Positions 27,010 through 38,499 of a stretch of DNA of 64,000 bases are shown here, in pieces (the first letter of the stretch is position 1; every line of letters begins with the position of its first letter). Source of the DNA: Lama guanicoe. Lineage: Eukaryota. Below the pieces are notes generated by a model. That model ran no database searches. It saw only the letters and a list, made by a program, of their open reading frames with translations, and was not told the origin of the DNA. A program made the position numbers and the translations under genes. The DNA lies in assembly GCA_013239625.1 (NCBI GenBank), contig MU056000.1, positions 8,676,970 through 8,740,969 of the forward strand, in the 5' to 3' direction.

Positions 27010-27439
27010 CTTCCCGAGCCTGCCCCGCACCCCTTCCCTTTTGTTGGAGGAGCCCAGTGGGAGGATGACCGGCAGTTGGACCACAAGCTGGACCCAGGCA
27101 ATTGTGGGGGCTCCTCACCCCTCCTCAGTCCTATAGTGGGGCTGTTCCAAGGACATGACCTTGAGAGAGTAAGGTGTTGTTGAGACCATCTGGGCAGCAT
27201 AAGTGACTTAACTCAGTTAAGGCCTCTTTATAACGTCTTGAGATTCTGGTGGTTGGTTGTGAAGAACCTCACAGCTTGCAGAGCCCAAGACAAACTTGGT
27301 ATGGACGTTCCCTTGCTTCTTAAACCCGCCGCTTACCTATCTGGAGCCATCTGCCCCCTTCTTTAGTCTCTCCTTGTCCTCTGTGTACCAAGGCTGGTTG
27401 CAGGTTTCACCTGGGAAACTCCTGAGGTTTTAACCAACA
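27010..27439 (+). mobile_element. ERVL-class LTR fragment (MER74/MER73/MER54-like)
   Basis: Contains gactgttcc-like ggctgttccaaggacatgaccttgagag and ttgagaccatctg. The 3' end reads gtctctccttgtcctctgtgtac...ccaaca. The 5' boundary is uncertain. Confidence 0.55.
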
Positions 27440-27799
27440 CTATTCTGCTAAGTGTTCAGTTTTCCATTTACCTTAAATGTGGAAAATGCAAGCTGTAGTC
27501 AGGGACGAGCTTGAGAAAGAGACCAGGTACTATGAGCACAGTGAAGAGAACAGAGCTCACTTCAGCTGGAAGGATGAAGGCTGGGCAGCCTTTGCTGTAG
27601 CGAGATGGTGTCTGAAGGATGCAGACGCAGGAGCCCGGCATGGGGATGGAGAAGTCGGCGGGGGCAGGAAGCAGGAGAATGTTTAGTCTTAAAAAATGGG
27701 GGGAACAATTATAGATTCACATGCAAGGAAGCAAGGAAGCTGAGGGGCATTGTGGAACAAGAAAAGCCTTGGGTGTGAGGACCATTTGTCATGATGCCT

Positions 27800-29314
27800 T
27801 TTCCTCCCAGCTTTATTGAAGTATGATTGATAAACAAAAATTGTGTATATTTAGATTCTACTGTGTGATGTTTTGATACATGTATATGTTATGAAATGAT
27901 GACCACAATCAAGCTAATTAACAAATCTATTACCTCACACAGCTACCCTTTGTGTGTGTGTGTGGGGAGGGGGTGGCAAGGACACTTGAAACCTATTCAC
28001 TTAGCAAATTTCAAGTATACAATAGAGTCAGATTAACCGCAGTCGCTGATCTGTACATTAGGTCTCCAGAACTTAGTCATCTTACAGCTGAGAGTCTGTA
28101 CACTCTCACCACCATCCGCTCATTTTCCCCACTCCCCAGCCTCTGGCAATCAACATTCTACTCTCCATTACCATGAGTTAGACTTTTTTTTTTAGATTCT
28201 ACATGTAAGTGAGCATGTGGTTTTTATCTTTCTGTGTCTTGCTTATTTCACACAACATAATGTCCCCATCCATGTCGTTGTAAACGGCAGGATTTCCTTC
28301 CTTTTTATGGCTTAATAATATTACATTATATATATATATATTTTTATATATATATATAATTAATATGTATCAAATTTTTAATACATTCATTGAATGATTC
28401 ATTTAATCATTCATTTTAATCCATTCATTTAATGCAATCATTCAAGCTCAGGTTGTTTCCATATGTTGGCTACCATGACTAACGCGGCAGTGGACATGGG
28501 GCGCAGTTACCTCTCTGATCTAATGGTTTTATATTCTTTGAATATATGCCCAGAAGTGGGGCTGCTGAATCACACGGGGCTTCTACCTTTAGTCTTTCGA
28601 GAAACCTCCATGCTATTTTCCATACTAGCTGCATCAGTGTACCTTCCCACCAGCAGCACATAAGCATTACCTTTTCTCCACACCCTCACCCACACTTTCA
28701 CCTTCTGACTTTCTGATAGCGGCTGTTCTAACAGGGACGAGGTGATATATCTTTGTTTTGATTTGCATTTCCCTGTTGGTTAGTGGTTTGAGCATTTTTT
28801 CATGTACCTGTTGACCATTTGCATGTCTTTTTTTGGAAAAAATGTCTATTTGTATCATTCTGTTCATTTTTAAATCAGGTTGTTTTTGCAATTGGGTTGT
28901 ACTGTGAGTTCCTTGTGTATTTTAGTTACCATCCCCAATCAGGGTGCGGTGCTGGTTAAAGTTTTCTCCAGTCTTGTAGATCGCTTGTCACTCTGTTCAT
29001 TATTTCCTTTGCTGTGCAGGAAGTTTCGAGTTTAATACAATCACCTTTGTCTTTCCTAGCTGACGCTTTTGCTAACTCCAATGTCAAGGAGTTTTCCCCC
29101 TTTGGTTTCTTTGAGGAGTTTTATGCTTTCAAGTTGACGTCTTTAATCCGTTTTGAGTTGATTATTGTGTACGGTGTTGGCTAGGGATCCACTTCCGTTC
29201 TTTTGTCTGAGGGTGTCCAGTTTTTCCAGCATCACTGGTAAGAGGTTATCCTTCCCGCATTGTGTATTCCTGGCACCTATTGTCAAAGATTATTTGACTA
29301 CGTATGTGTGGGTT
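27800..29314 (-). mobile_element. LINE-1 (L1MA9/L1MA10-like), 5'-truncated, about 1.5 kb
   Basis: 3' end cagctttattgaagtatgattgataaacaaaaattgtgtatattt. Minus-strand ORFs give ORF2-like EKMLKPLTNREMQIKT and PCDSAAPLLGIYSK. Confidence 0.92.
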
Positions 29315-29386
29315 AACATTTCAAGCAGGGGGATATAATAAACCTATGTTTCAGGCAGGTTAGTGTGGCAGCAGTGTGAAGGACGG

Positions 29387-29410
29387 ACACACACACACAC
29401 ACACACACAC
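29387..29410. repeat. (AC)12 microsatellite
   Basis: Directly visible perfect dinucleotide run. Confidence 0.95.
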
Positions 29411-30464
29411 AATTAAGCAATCAAATTATTGAGAGACACAATGCATTGTATGACTGTTTTACCAGAACTTTGTTTAGCTGTAAGTGCAGAGTAGGCCTCA
29501 AAAATATTTGTTAAAAAATTAAATAACTGGATAAGGATAGAAGGCCTTGAAACAAGTCAGTGAAAATTAATAGTGCAGGAGAGACCTAGTAAAATCTGGA
29601 AATAGAGTTGAGAGAGATTTTAAATGAACATTCTTCATGAATCAGCCACCTAGTATATGTCAAGAGGAAGGACCAGTCCCTCAAAGGGGTTCAGGATGCT
29701 CTGTCTTTGGGTGGTAATAACGTCATGAGACACGAGAAGGTCAGAAGGAAGGCGCTGTTTGGATCGGAAGGGGTGTAAGTCCCATGACTATTGACACATT
29801 CGTGACATTAGTTTCTTGGATTAGTTGAGATCATGCTCGTAAAAGAGAGGTCCTGGCAGAAAGGTCAGGTGGGATGGCGAGGAAAAAGAGGACCCTGTTG
29901 AGAGTATTGCGTTTCCTGAGGAGTTGCGGGTCAGGGTGAAAGGGTTTCAAAGCAGAGCCTCCTCTGTACAGCTCACGGTCTTCGCCAGGACCAGGGCTAA
30001 GAATAGCAATGAAGGGCGAGGCTAGGTGTGCTACTGGCTCTTGTTAGGAAGAAGCAGTCACTTTTCTGAGTTGAGAAGGGACCCAGCACTGGCGTTTGAA
30101 ATTGTCTTCAAACGAGAGTGAGCTGCGATGGGCAGGACAGAACTACTCCTGGGCAGCAGACATAAATAGGGAGTGGTTCCTTCCCGTCGCATCATTGTCT
30201 CCCATGTCCCGATCGCAGCCCAGGCACCGAAAGATGGGGAGGTGGATGGCCATCATTTCAGTGGGTAAGAAATGATGCGTTTTGTAAATGGGACAGCATT
30301 AACTGAGGTTTTAAAATTCTTAAAACATGGAAAGTAATTTTCGTTTAGGTCATTCCAGTACAGTAGGCAATACTGTGCACCAAAAGCTCAAGGAAGTTCC
30401 TACCTTATTTTGGCATCGAAAGTAGTCACGGGCAGGAGTTCTAAAGGCGAACTGCCTGGACTTC

Positions 30465-31066
30465 TGTGGGAGCCCATGATTGGGTTAACACATTGTAACA
30501 GACCCCAGCCGCTTATCTCCTTAAAGAAGACGTGCTTAGTAACCGCCTTGCTTGCATAGTTGAGGTTTTAGCAAGGACCCAGGCCCTGGGCTATCAACGC
30601 TGGGCGTGCCTGCTGTTAGATAGCCTTCTCTGCCCAAAACAGCCTTGGGCTGGAATGGTAAACGAGTTATAAAAAGCTGCAGACTCAGAGGCGAGGAGGC
30701 TGGTTAGCCAGTGACGGGTGAGACCCCCTGAGGGGGGCAACCTGAGACAGGCACAGCCTGAGCAGCTGATTCTCCTGCGTTCCGCCCTGCTAAGCTGAAA
30801 GGCTCAACACGAACATGATTCACCAAAAAGGGTCTTCTGACCTTGAGCCAAACGCCAAAAATAAGCAAAGCCTTTGTACTCATTGTAATCCCACCCTGTC
30901 CTTCCTTAAATTCCTGCTCTCCTCCTTTCACTGTACTCAATAAACGTGAGAGATTTGAGAGGCTCATGGAGTTGGCTCCCGACTCCCTCTTGCTCTCTTG
31001 ACTTTTCCCCAGAGTCTTGAGTAATTCATTCCATCTCAGTGGGACTTCTGCTGGCCAGAACCCACA
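30465..31066 (+). mobile_element. Complete ERV solo LTR (602 bp), family unassigned
   Basis: Terminal inverted repeat tgtggg...cccaca. Flanks are acttc and acttg (5-bp TSD with one mismatch). TATAAAAA at 30668-30675 and AATAAA at 30939-30944. Confidence 0.85.
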
Positions 31067-31119
31067 ACTTGTGACAAACCCACAGACTTTGTTCTAACGC
31101 ATTGTACAAATGGGGAGGC

Positions 31120-31270
31120 AATTATCCAACCTCTCTGCTCCTTACAGTTTTAATCTGTACAATGGGGATATAATAGTATTTACCTTAACAGTGTGATAAC
31201 CAAGTTTGTTCTTTTACGTAAAGCACTTAGAACAGTGCCTACATAGTGTTTCTTAAATAAACAGGAATAA
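31120..31270 (+). mobile_element. MIR SINE 3' part
   Basis: aatctgtacaatggggatataatagta...gtaaagcacttagaacagtgcct. A MIR-like 5' part lies at about 30420-30460, left of the LTR. Confidence 0.75.
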
Positions 31271-33595
31271 AATGCATCATGGGAAAAGTGCGATTCTGAA
31301 TTTAAAGAATAAATTTCAGTGTAAAGAGGAATCACTAAGGACTCCCCTCACCTCGTAATAACTTCAGTCCTGAGAGCCCCAAATGTGCTCACTTTTCTTA
31401 GACTTTCAATCTTCTTGAGAACTACCCAAGCCCAGAGAAATCAGAATTGCAACTCAGGGTCAGGATGGATGACCTAGTTTAGTTCTAATTTCTCAAAGAT
31501 CCTTAAAATAGCACCGAGAGCCCCATTCCTGCCCCCAGAGAGACTAGATAAGAGAATTAAGAAAGAAATGACAAATAGAAAATGAAATAATATTTGGGTA
31601 CCTGCTACCTTGATTCCTCTACTTCCAAATTCTGTGTCGCAGTTATAAGCAAAGAAAGCTTTATTTGAAATTGGATCCTGAGGGTTAAGTAAAATCAATA
31701 AGGAACTTCAGAGTGCAGAGAACTTAAATTACCAATATTTTCTGAGACAATGAAATTTATCACTATGGCTACACGAGAGCAGAATTTGTTTGCTTAGGAA
31801 TTATCAAAACAACCCGTAAATGATGAAGATCCGTTTCACAGAGACCAGTATTGATCTTATTTTCAGAAATTCAAAGATTCTTGGAGGGAAAATATAAGGT
31901 AAAAGGTAGTCAAAATACAAACATGAATTAAGCTGTGGTGATTTTGGAAGGTATATAATTTTACAGGTGCTAAGGGCATATACTTACAAAGACAACCTTA
32001 TGATAACATAATCCATAAGAACAGAACGCACTGAGTCATTTGGGTTTTCCCTTAGCGTTTTGTTTGCTGTTCAGCATAATTACACATCGCGTCCTTGACT
32101 CAGCTTCAGTACTCACGCCTCAGCACTTACGCACACGTACACTTTGATCTTCTTATTTGTAAGTGTGACCCAGAGCAAGTCTTATGATTCTAGGCTTATT
32201 CTAGGGCAAAAGGATTTACAGTTATCGAGTCTTTTATTTCCTAAGTGTAATTCTTCTACCAGCCACGTGTCCAAACATTTATAGAGGAAAAAGATTAAAG
32301 AAGGGAAAACAATGAAGAATTGAGCCAGACAAATTGGATGGTACTAAAGGAATAATTTTGACCCCAAAACACTGTTTTTATTTCCATAGCTCCCGTGAAA
32401 GGCTAGTGAAGACTCCTGGCTCATTGCAGAATGTTTTGGCTATGATTTGGCTGACTTTCTCTGGCTTTCAGTAGATTATGTCTGATTTAATAGCTTGTTA
32501 ATATTGACAAGCTAATAAGTGTAGTATGCTTTCAAGTTATCGTTTTTGAAAATGCCTTTTATTTCCTTTACACAGAGCTTACATATGCCAATGCTAATGC
32601 ATTCAACAGACTAAGTGCTTTGTCTTGATCATAAGAAAGGGAAGCAGGTGGTCAGGAAACCTGGGTTGAAGTATTGGCTGGTAAATGTACGTTTCCCTGT
32701 GTATCACAAGGTGGCAAAAATATCTCCTCTAAGAGCTGCTTAGGAATTAAATGAGACCAAAAATGTACATGGAACATACAGACAGTGCAGAGATGCAGCC
32801 AGTATTCGAGCTGAGAAAATTGCACCTTGTTAAGCTTAAGTGGCTTTTGCAGAGTTGCACCTTGGAGGAGGATCAGAGTTGGAGTGAAAAACCAGGTTTG
32901 TTTTACATGGCAACACTTTCCTAAAAACATAAGGCATTACAAAACTTGACCTCTTATTCTGACTTTAGGTACGTCACAGTTTCCTGCCTTAGATTTTCTA
33001 AACTGTGTTATAATGATACATTGTAGGTTTGGAATTCAGCGTTGACCAAAGCCGAGTAACTATTGCTCATGTTTATTTGTGTAGAGCTGTTGGGAGGCGG
33101 ACGGAAACAAGTGAGGCTGTGACAACAATGTGTCAACAATACATCACGGATCTCCTTGTCACTGCAGGGCTTCAGGATGCTTAGTGGGGAGTACGAGCAT
33201 TCGTGGCATTGTTTACACTGATGCTGAAGTAAGTGTATTTCTTGAAACTCTATCTCATTTTTGAAAACACCGTATTTAAATAATTTAAGTGTAGTACGGG
33301 ACAGCAATAGTCATGGTCTAATAAAAATAGTTTTAATTTTTTAGTGACTGCATTAACTAATTATTAAAATTATTTCTCATTAAAACATAAAAAATATAGA
33401 AAATATAATCAAAGAAATGAAATTCACTTATAATTTCGCTATCCAGAAGTTATTATCTTGAACTCTTTGGTGTGTTTTGCATTATATGTGTTTTGTACAT
33501 AAAAGCTCCTCATGTCTTTCTTCCCTAATGGTGATTACTGCCGTGAAATGGTGCTAATTGTTCCTAGCTATGTTTTGTAATTTGTATTACTATTT

Positions 33596-33808
33596 TTTTT
33601 TGTTTTTTAAACATTTTTTATTGAGTTATAGTGATTTTACAATGTTGTGTCAAATTCCAGTGCACAGCAGAATTTTTCAGTTGTACATGAACATACATAT
33701 TATTCATTGTCACTTTTTTTTTCGCTATGAGCTACCACAAGATCTTGTATATATTTCCCTGTGCTATACAGTATAATCTTATTTCTCTATTCTACTTATG
33801 CCTGTCAG
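33596..33808 (-). mobile_element. Short young LINE-1 3' end with a 13-bp TSD
   Basis: Same 3'UTR family as the copies at 961 and 51995. TSD tgtattactattt at 33583-33595 and 33809-33821. Confidence 0.92.
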
Positions 33809-33899
33809 TGTATTACTATTTAGGCTTTATAGTATTGTTTTTTCTTTTAAAGTTTACATGTACAGGAAGCTAAGGTATATATCCTTTTGCAATTTTTAA

Positions 33900-34390
33900 A
33901 TGTACCATCACATTTTAGTTATTTATCCTTGCTGGTACATATAGGTCAAGTCTATTCCTATTTGCTACTATAGAATATTCCACTGTTCCAAAAAATTGTA
34001 GTGACTGTAATTCCTGAGAAGGAATTATGCACGTTCCCTGCTTTGCCATAACAAGCAGAGCGGTAGTGAAGATGCTTGAACGTGTCTGCTGGGGCAGATG
34101 TGTTTCTCTGGGACGCACTGCTGGGTCGCTTTGTCTAGAGGGGGGTATTTACTTGCATCTTCAACTTTACTGAGTGTCGTCAGATTGCTCCTTGGGGAGG
34201 TTTTATCAGTTAATATTTTCACTGTCTGTAGATTAGCGTTTCCTCTTCCTCGCCCTCACTGCGTGGTTAAGTGTCGGATACTGGTATTGATGGGGTAACT
34301 CATGCAAATGTTAATTTGCATTTCTCTTGTTATAAGCGAAGGTCAAGAACTGTACATGTAAGAGTTGTGATTCGCATTTTCAGTGCCCTT
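33900..34390 (-). mobile_element. Old L1 (L1ME-like) fragment
   Basis: Diverged motifs tatagaatattccactg, ctgctgggtc, gtcagattgctc and taatttgcatttctct. Confidence 0.6.
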
Positions 34391-34399
34391 CATTTCACT

Positions 34400-34660
34400 G
34401 TCCATCTGCTTGCACTAGCCAGAAATCTAGACGTCCTTCTTGGCTCTTCTTCTCCTCCGTTGACCATCAATCTCTTTTGATTCTTCCTCCCAGTGTGTTT
34501 CACTTCTTCTCACTTACTGATATCACCACCAACATCCTGGTCCAACCCATTGCTCTTGGTCTATATACAATGATAGCTGGCTCCTAATTAGTCTCCCAGT
34601 ACCCAGTTCTTAGATTTCATTATCCAGCCACACATCAACTAGGGTGATCACTTTTAGAGG
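34400..34660 (-). mobile_element. L2 fragment (strand tentative)
   Basis: gccagaaatctagacgtccttcttggctcttc...ctcctaattagtctccc...ctagggtgatc. Confidence 0.6.
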
Positions 34661-35338
34661 AAATTATAAACCTACATTAATTTTTTAGTTGAGTAGTTAA
34701 AATGAGCAGACAATGGAATTCTGTCTCACACATGCACACACAGATATTTGCCAACAGACCAATAATTTGGTTTTCTAAGCCTCAGTTTAATTAATCCTCT
34801 TGTTCAAAATCTAGCAATATTTCTACACATCAATAAATTATTAACATAAGGCTTGGTGCTTTTTGCTATAATATTTCTTTATCTAAAATGAGATTTTTTC
34901 TGTAGAATTAAACACAGTCACTTAAAAGCCTGGAGATCTTTCTCTAGTCCTTACTTATAATCTACCAGCCATTTGACTGCCAATAAATTAAAGTCCAAGA
35001 TGAGCTAACCAGGAATCTAAACATCAAACATGTCCTCACAATTGAAGATTGTAAAATGATATTGTAATGATCATCCATTTAAAGTATTCCATTTGTCTTA
35101 GTATTTTTTCTCAGATCATCATTATCTAAAATCACAGAGTACAGTTCATCTTTTCATGGGACAGTGGTAAGTCAGATCTTTGGTCAGACAGTATTTTCTT
35201 ACTTATAAATCTCTGATCATGAGCCCATTACATGTATTCTCATAAAAATGCAAGGCTAGACAGTGCATTTCAATCAATTTTGGTCAGAGCTATTTGGATA
35301 GTTGCTTATTACAAAGGTTATATGTTAGACAATTTAAT

Positions 35339-35426
35339 TCTTTTTGTGTATATTTAGAGTGTTTTCTTAAACCTTTTAAAAATCTTTTTGTGTATATTTA
35401 GAGTGTTTTTTAAAACCTTCTAAAAA
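35339..35426. repeat. 44-bp tandem duplication (2 copies)
   Basis: tctttttgtgtatatttagagtgttttcttaaaccttttaaaaa is followed by tctttttgtgtatatttagagtgttttttaaaaccttctaaaaa. Confidence 0.92.
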
Positions 35427-36371
35427 AGGCTAGAATGTCATTGCCTATGTCCAAGTTAATGTATTGCAAGGTGACACTGCTTTTGTGCAGACAGGAATAC
35501 AAGAATGTAAAGCTTTCATATGTATCACAGACAATCAATTATTGTTGGGCTTTTAAATACACTGGGTCAGCTGCTGAAGAGTTTTATCTATACCAGTGCA
35601 GTATTTAAAAGATGCTGTGGACTGGGGATGCCAAGCCACTAGCTTGAAATCTAAGTGAAATGTTTTGGTTTAGGCTTAGGAATGGTCTATATAAAGGAAG
35701 CTTTGAATTTTTCATGTGGTTACTGCCCTTAGAAACAACTTGTTACTGTTTTTCATATCTCTACTACATATTTCCAAGGGAGAAGACGTTGAAGGCTCTG
35801 ATATTTTAATTGCAATTATTGGACAAAGAGAATACTTGTTCTTATAATTATCACCATGGTGGCAGCCCAAATATACACCAAATTATTTCATGTTTTTTTG
35901 ATTAGTTCTTCAAAGTACACCGAATAACTCTATTCGTCCTTTCTACGGAGAGGCAATAAGCCATCAGTTTTCTGCTATTCCTTGTTTGTATCTTTACAGG
36001 TTCACAGGGATCCTAGAAAACCACTTTAATGCTTGGAGGAAACAGGAGGACCAGTACATGGTCAGCCACTTACTATTGCTGATGGAGAGAAATACACTGT
36101 GTATCATCTTTGACCACTTTGCAAGAAGCTTTATGAACTTGCTTGCCAGTGGTTCAGACATCAGACCATAAACTACCTGATATAATGTCTCTACAATTAA
36201 GAGGGTTGTGACGTATGTGTTGATTCCATCCTACAAAGAAAATTTCTTTAACAAGTTATAATCTGTTGATTCAGTCAAGAAATGACACTTTCCAATATGA
36301 TTCTGGAAATCTGATTTTTAAAGAAGGAATATTCTAGTTATAATAATTCAGTGATGAATGATTTCATATCG

Positions 36372-36825
36372 AATATTACTTTCCTAGGGCTGTCAAAAAG
36401 TGTCACAAACTGGGTGGCTTAAAAACAACACAAATTTATTCTTTCAAAGCTCCAGAGGATGCAAATTCTACTCAAGGTGTTGACTGATCCAGGCTCCATC
36501 CGTAGCCTTTAGGGGAAGATTGTTTCTTGCATCTTCCAGCTTTTGGTAATCTGCATTCCTTGATCTCGGCAGCATGACTCAAATCACTGCTTCCGTCTTC
36601 ACAGGCTCCTCTCCTGTGTGTGTGTGTGTGCTCTCACAAAGCGTTCTCTAAATTTCCCTCTTGTAAGGGCACCATATTGGATAAAGGGCCCACTCTAACC
36701 AGTATGAACTCATCTTAATTTAGCTGATTATGTCTGCTAGGGCCCCTTCCTCAAACAAGGTTTCATTCTGAGGTACTTGGGATTAGAATTTTAAGATATC
36801 CTTTGGGGGAGGGGACATAAATAAG
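36372..36825 (-). mobile_element. MaLR solo LTR, MLT1B/MLT1C-like
   Basis: ttcctagggctg...cacaaactgggtggcttaaaaacaacacaaatttattct, agggcccactct and cattctgaggtact. Internal (TG)n near 36615. Confidence 0.85.
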
Positions 36826-37214
36826 CGATAATTAATGACTATCTAAAAATATTAAATAATGATTGCTAACTGCTGGGTATATGCAGATGGGGCTTCTGTT
36901 ACCATGCAAGTTTCACGAGAGTGGAAATGAATTGTTTATTTTTGTAAACTAGAAATTCATAACGTGCGAAAGTGTTTGCTCAATTTAACCGGATAATGGT
37001 GTGCTCTGCACAGTTTGCAAGTAAAATTGCTCCATCATATTCATCAACTCAGGAAAATTCACCTATAAAATTATCATCACCCAATGGTCAGTTAACTATT
37101 ATTCTTTACTAATGTGTTGTTGTGTTCCTTAATTTGTTAAAATGAAATAAACTCAATGACTATCTGTATCACAGCATTATTTTAATGCGCCTTATGGAAT
37201 ACTCTCGAGGGCAA

Positions 37215-37440
37215 AAACAGAATTCTGGAGACAGACTGAATAATCTGGAATCCGGGCTCTGCCACTTGCCAGGAATATGACCTTGGGCCATTTGTCTATC
37301 ATCTCTCTCCCTCCTTGTCTTTAACTGTACAAGAAGGATAGCTCCTTGATAAGATTGTTTTAAAATAAGGCCCATCTTCTAAATTATGTAAAAAAGAGTC
37401 TGACAAATAAGAAATTTCTTAATAAATATTTTCATTGTGT
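37215..37440 (+). mobile_element. MIR SINE
   Basis: ctggagacagactg...aatccgggctctgccacttgccag...tgaccttgggc. Confidence 0.75.
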
Positions 37441-37769
37441 TTATTATTGAAACATCCAATCCTTATTTGATACATGAAATAATTGCTACCTTTTAGAGGA
37501 ATAAAGCATAACTAATTATTCATAAAAGGAGACCTAGAATGATTTAGCTCCAACTTACATGCCTTTCAGCCAGGGCCATTCCTGCTGCCCCAGTTGGGAT
37601 GGATGTTAGCTTGGAGAGCTTCCAGGTTTTTGTATCCTGTCTATTCCGTATCTTTTGGAAATATACAGCATAGTTTAATGAATGCAGTAATACCTTTATT
37701 CATTTATTATTGAAATTGGAAAAATTTCCATGACTTTACATTCTAAAATTTTGGAAATAAGAGTCCACA

Positions 37770-38255
37770 ACATGGAATTAACATTGTATTTGGCATTCTC
37801 TTACTGACAGGTATATGGGTGGCTTCCACTCTTACACATAAATCTGCTGTAAGAATCTCTGTGTGTGTCTCTTCAGGCACAGGTACACATTTTTACCGTG
37901 GTAAATTTCTAGAAGCAATTTTTTCTGGGTTACAAATTATGTGGCTTTTAATTTTGCAGACTCTGTTAAATTGACCTCTAAAATAGTTATTTATCTTTAT
38001 GGTCTGATATCTTTGCGGTGCCTGCTAATATTCATTTCCAAATGTTCTCAGAGATGCTTCCTATTCTCAGCATTTTAATATTTGACAATTTTATGTCAGG
38101 ATGTACTACCATATTATTTTTATTTTAAATTACTCTAATGAAGTTAGGAATCACTTTCTACTTTAGTCATTGCATTGCTTCTTCTCTGAATTTCCTGGTT
38201 AAACACGTCACTAGTTTTTTCTGCTGAGCTAACTCTTGTCTTTCTCTGACGTGTA
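37770..38255 (-). mobile_element. Old L1 (L1ME-like) fragment
   Basis: Diverged antisense ORF2 and 3' motifs such as tttctagaagcaatt...ctgggt and ttcttctctgaatttcctg. Confidence 0.55.
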
Positions 38256-38261
38256 GTCTAC

Positions 38262-38482
38262 GTCCCCCATCAAAGTGGTACATTTGTTGCAACTGATGAC
38301 CCTGTAATAGCACATCCTACTCACCTCCATTGCTTATGTTCGAATTCACTCTTGGTGTTGTGTGTTCTATGGGTTGGGACAAATGTATAAATGACATGTA
38401 CCTACCACTGTAGTATTTATACAGAGTATTTTCGCTGCTGAAAAAATCTTCTGTGCTCTGCCTATTCATTCATCTTTTCCCA
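38262..38482 (-). mobile_element. L1MC-type 3'UTR fragment
   Basis: agtggtacatttgttgcaactgatga...ttcactcttggtgttgtgtgttctatgggttgggacaaatgtata...ctctgcctattcat. Confidence 0.8.
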
Positions 38483-38499
38483 GACATAGACTTTTAAAC

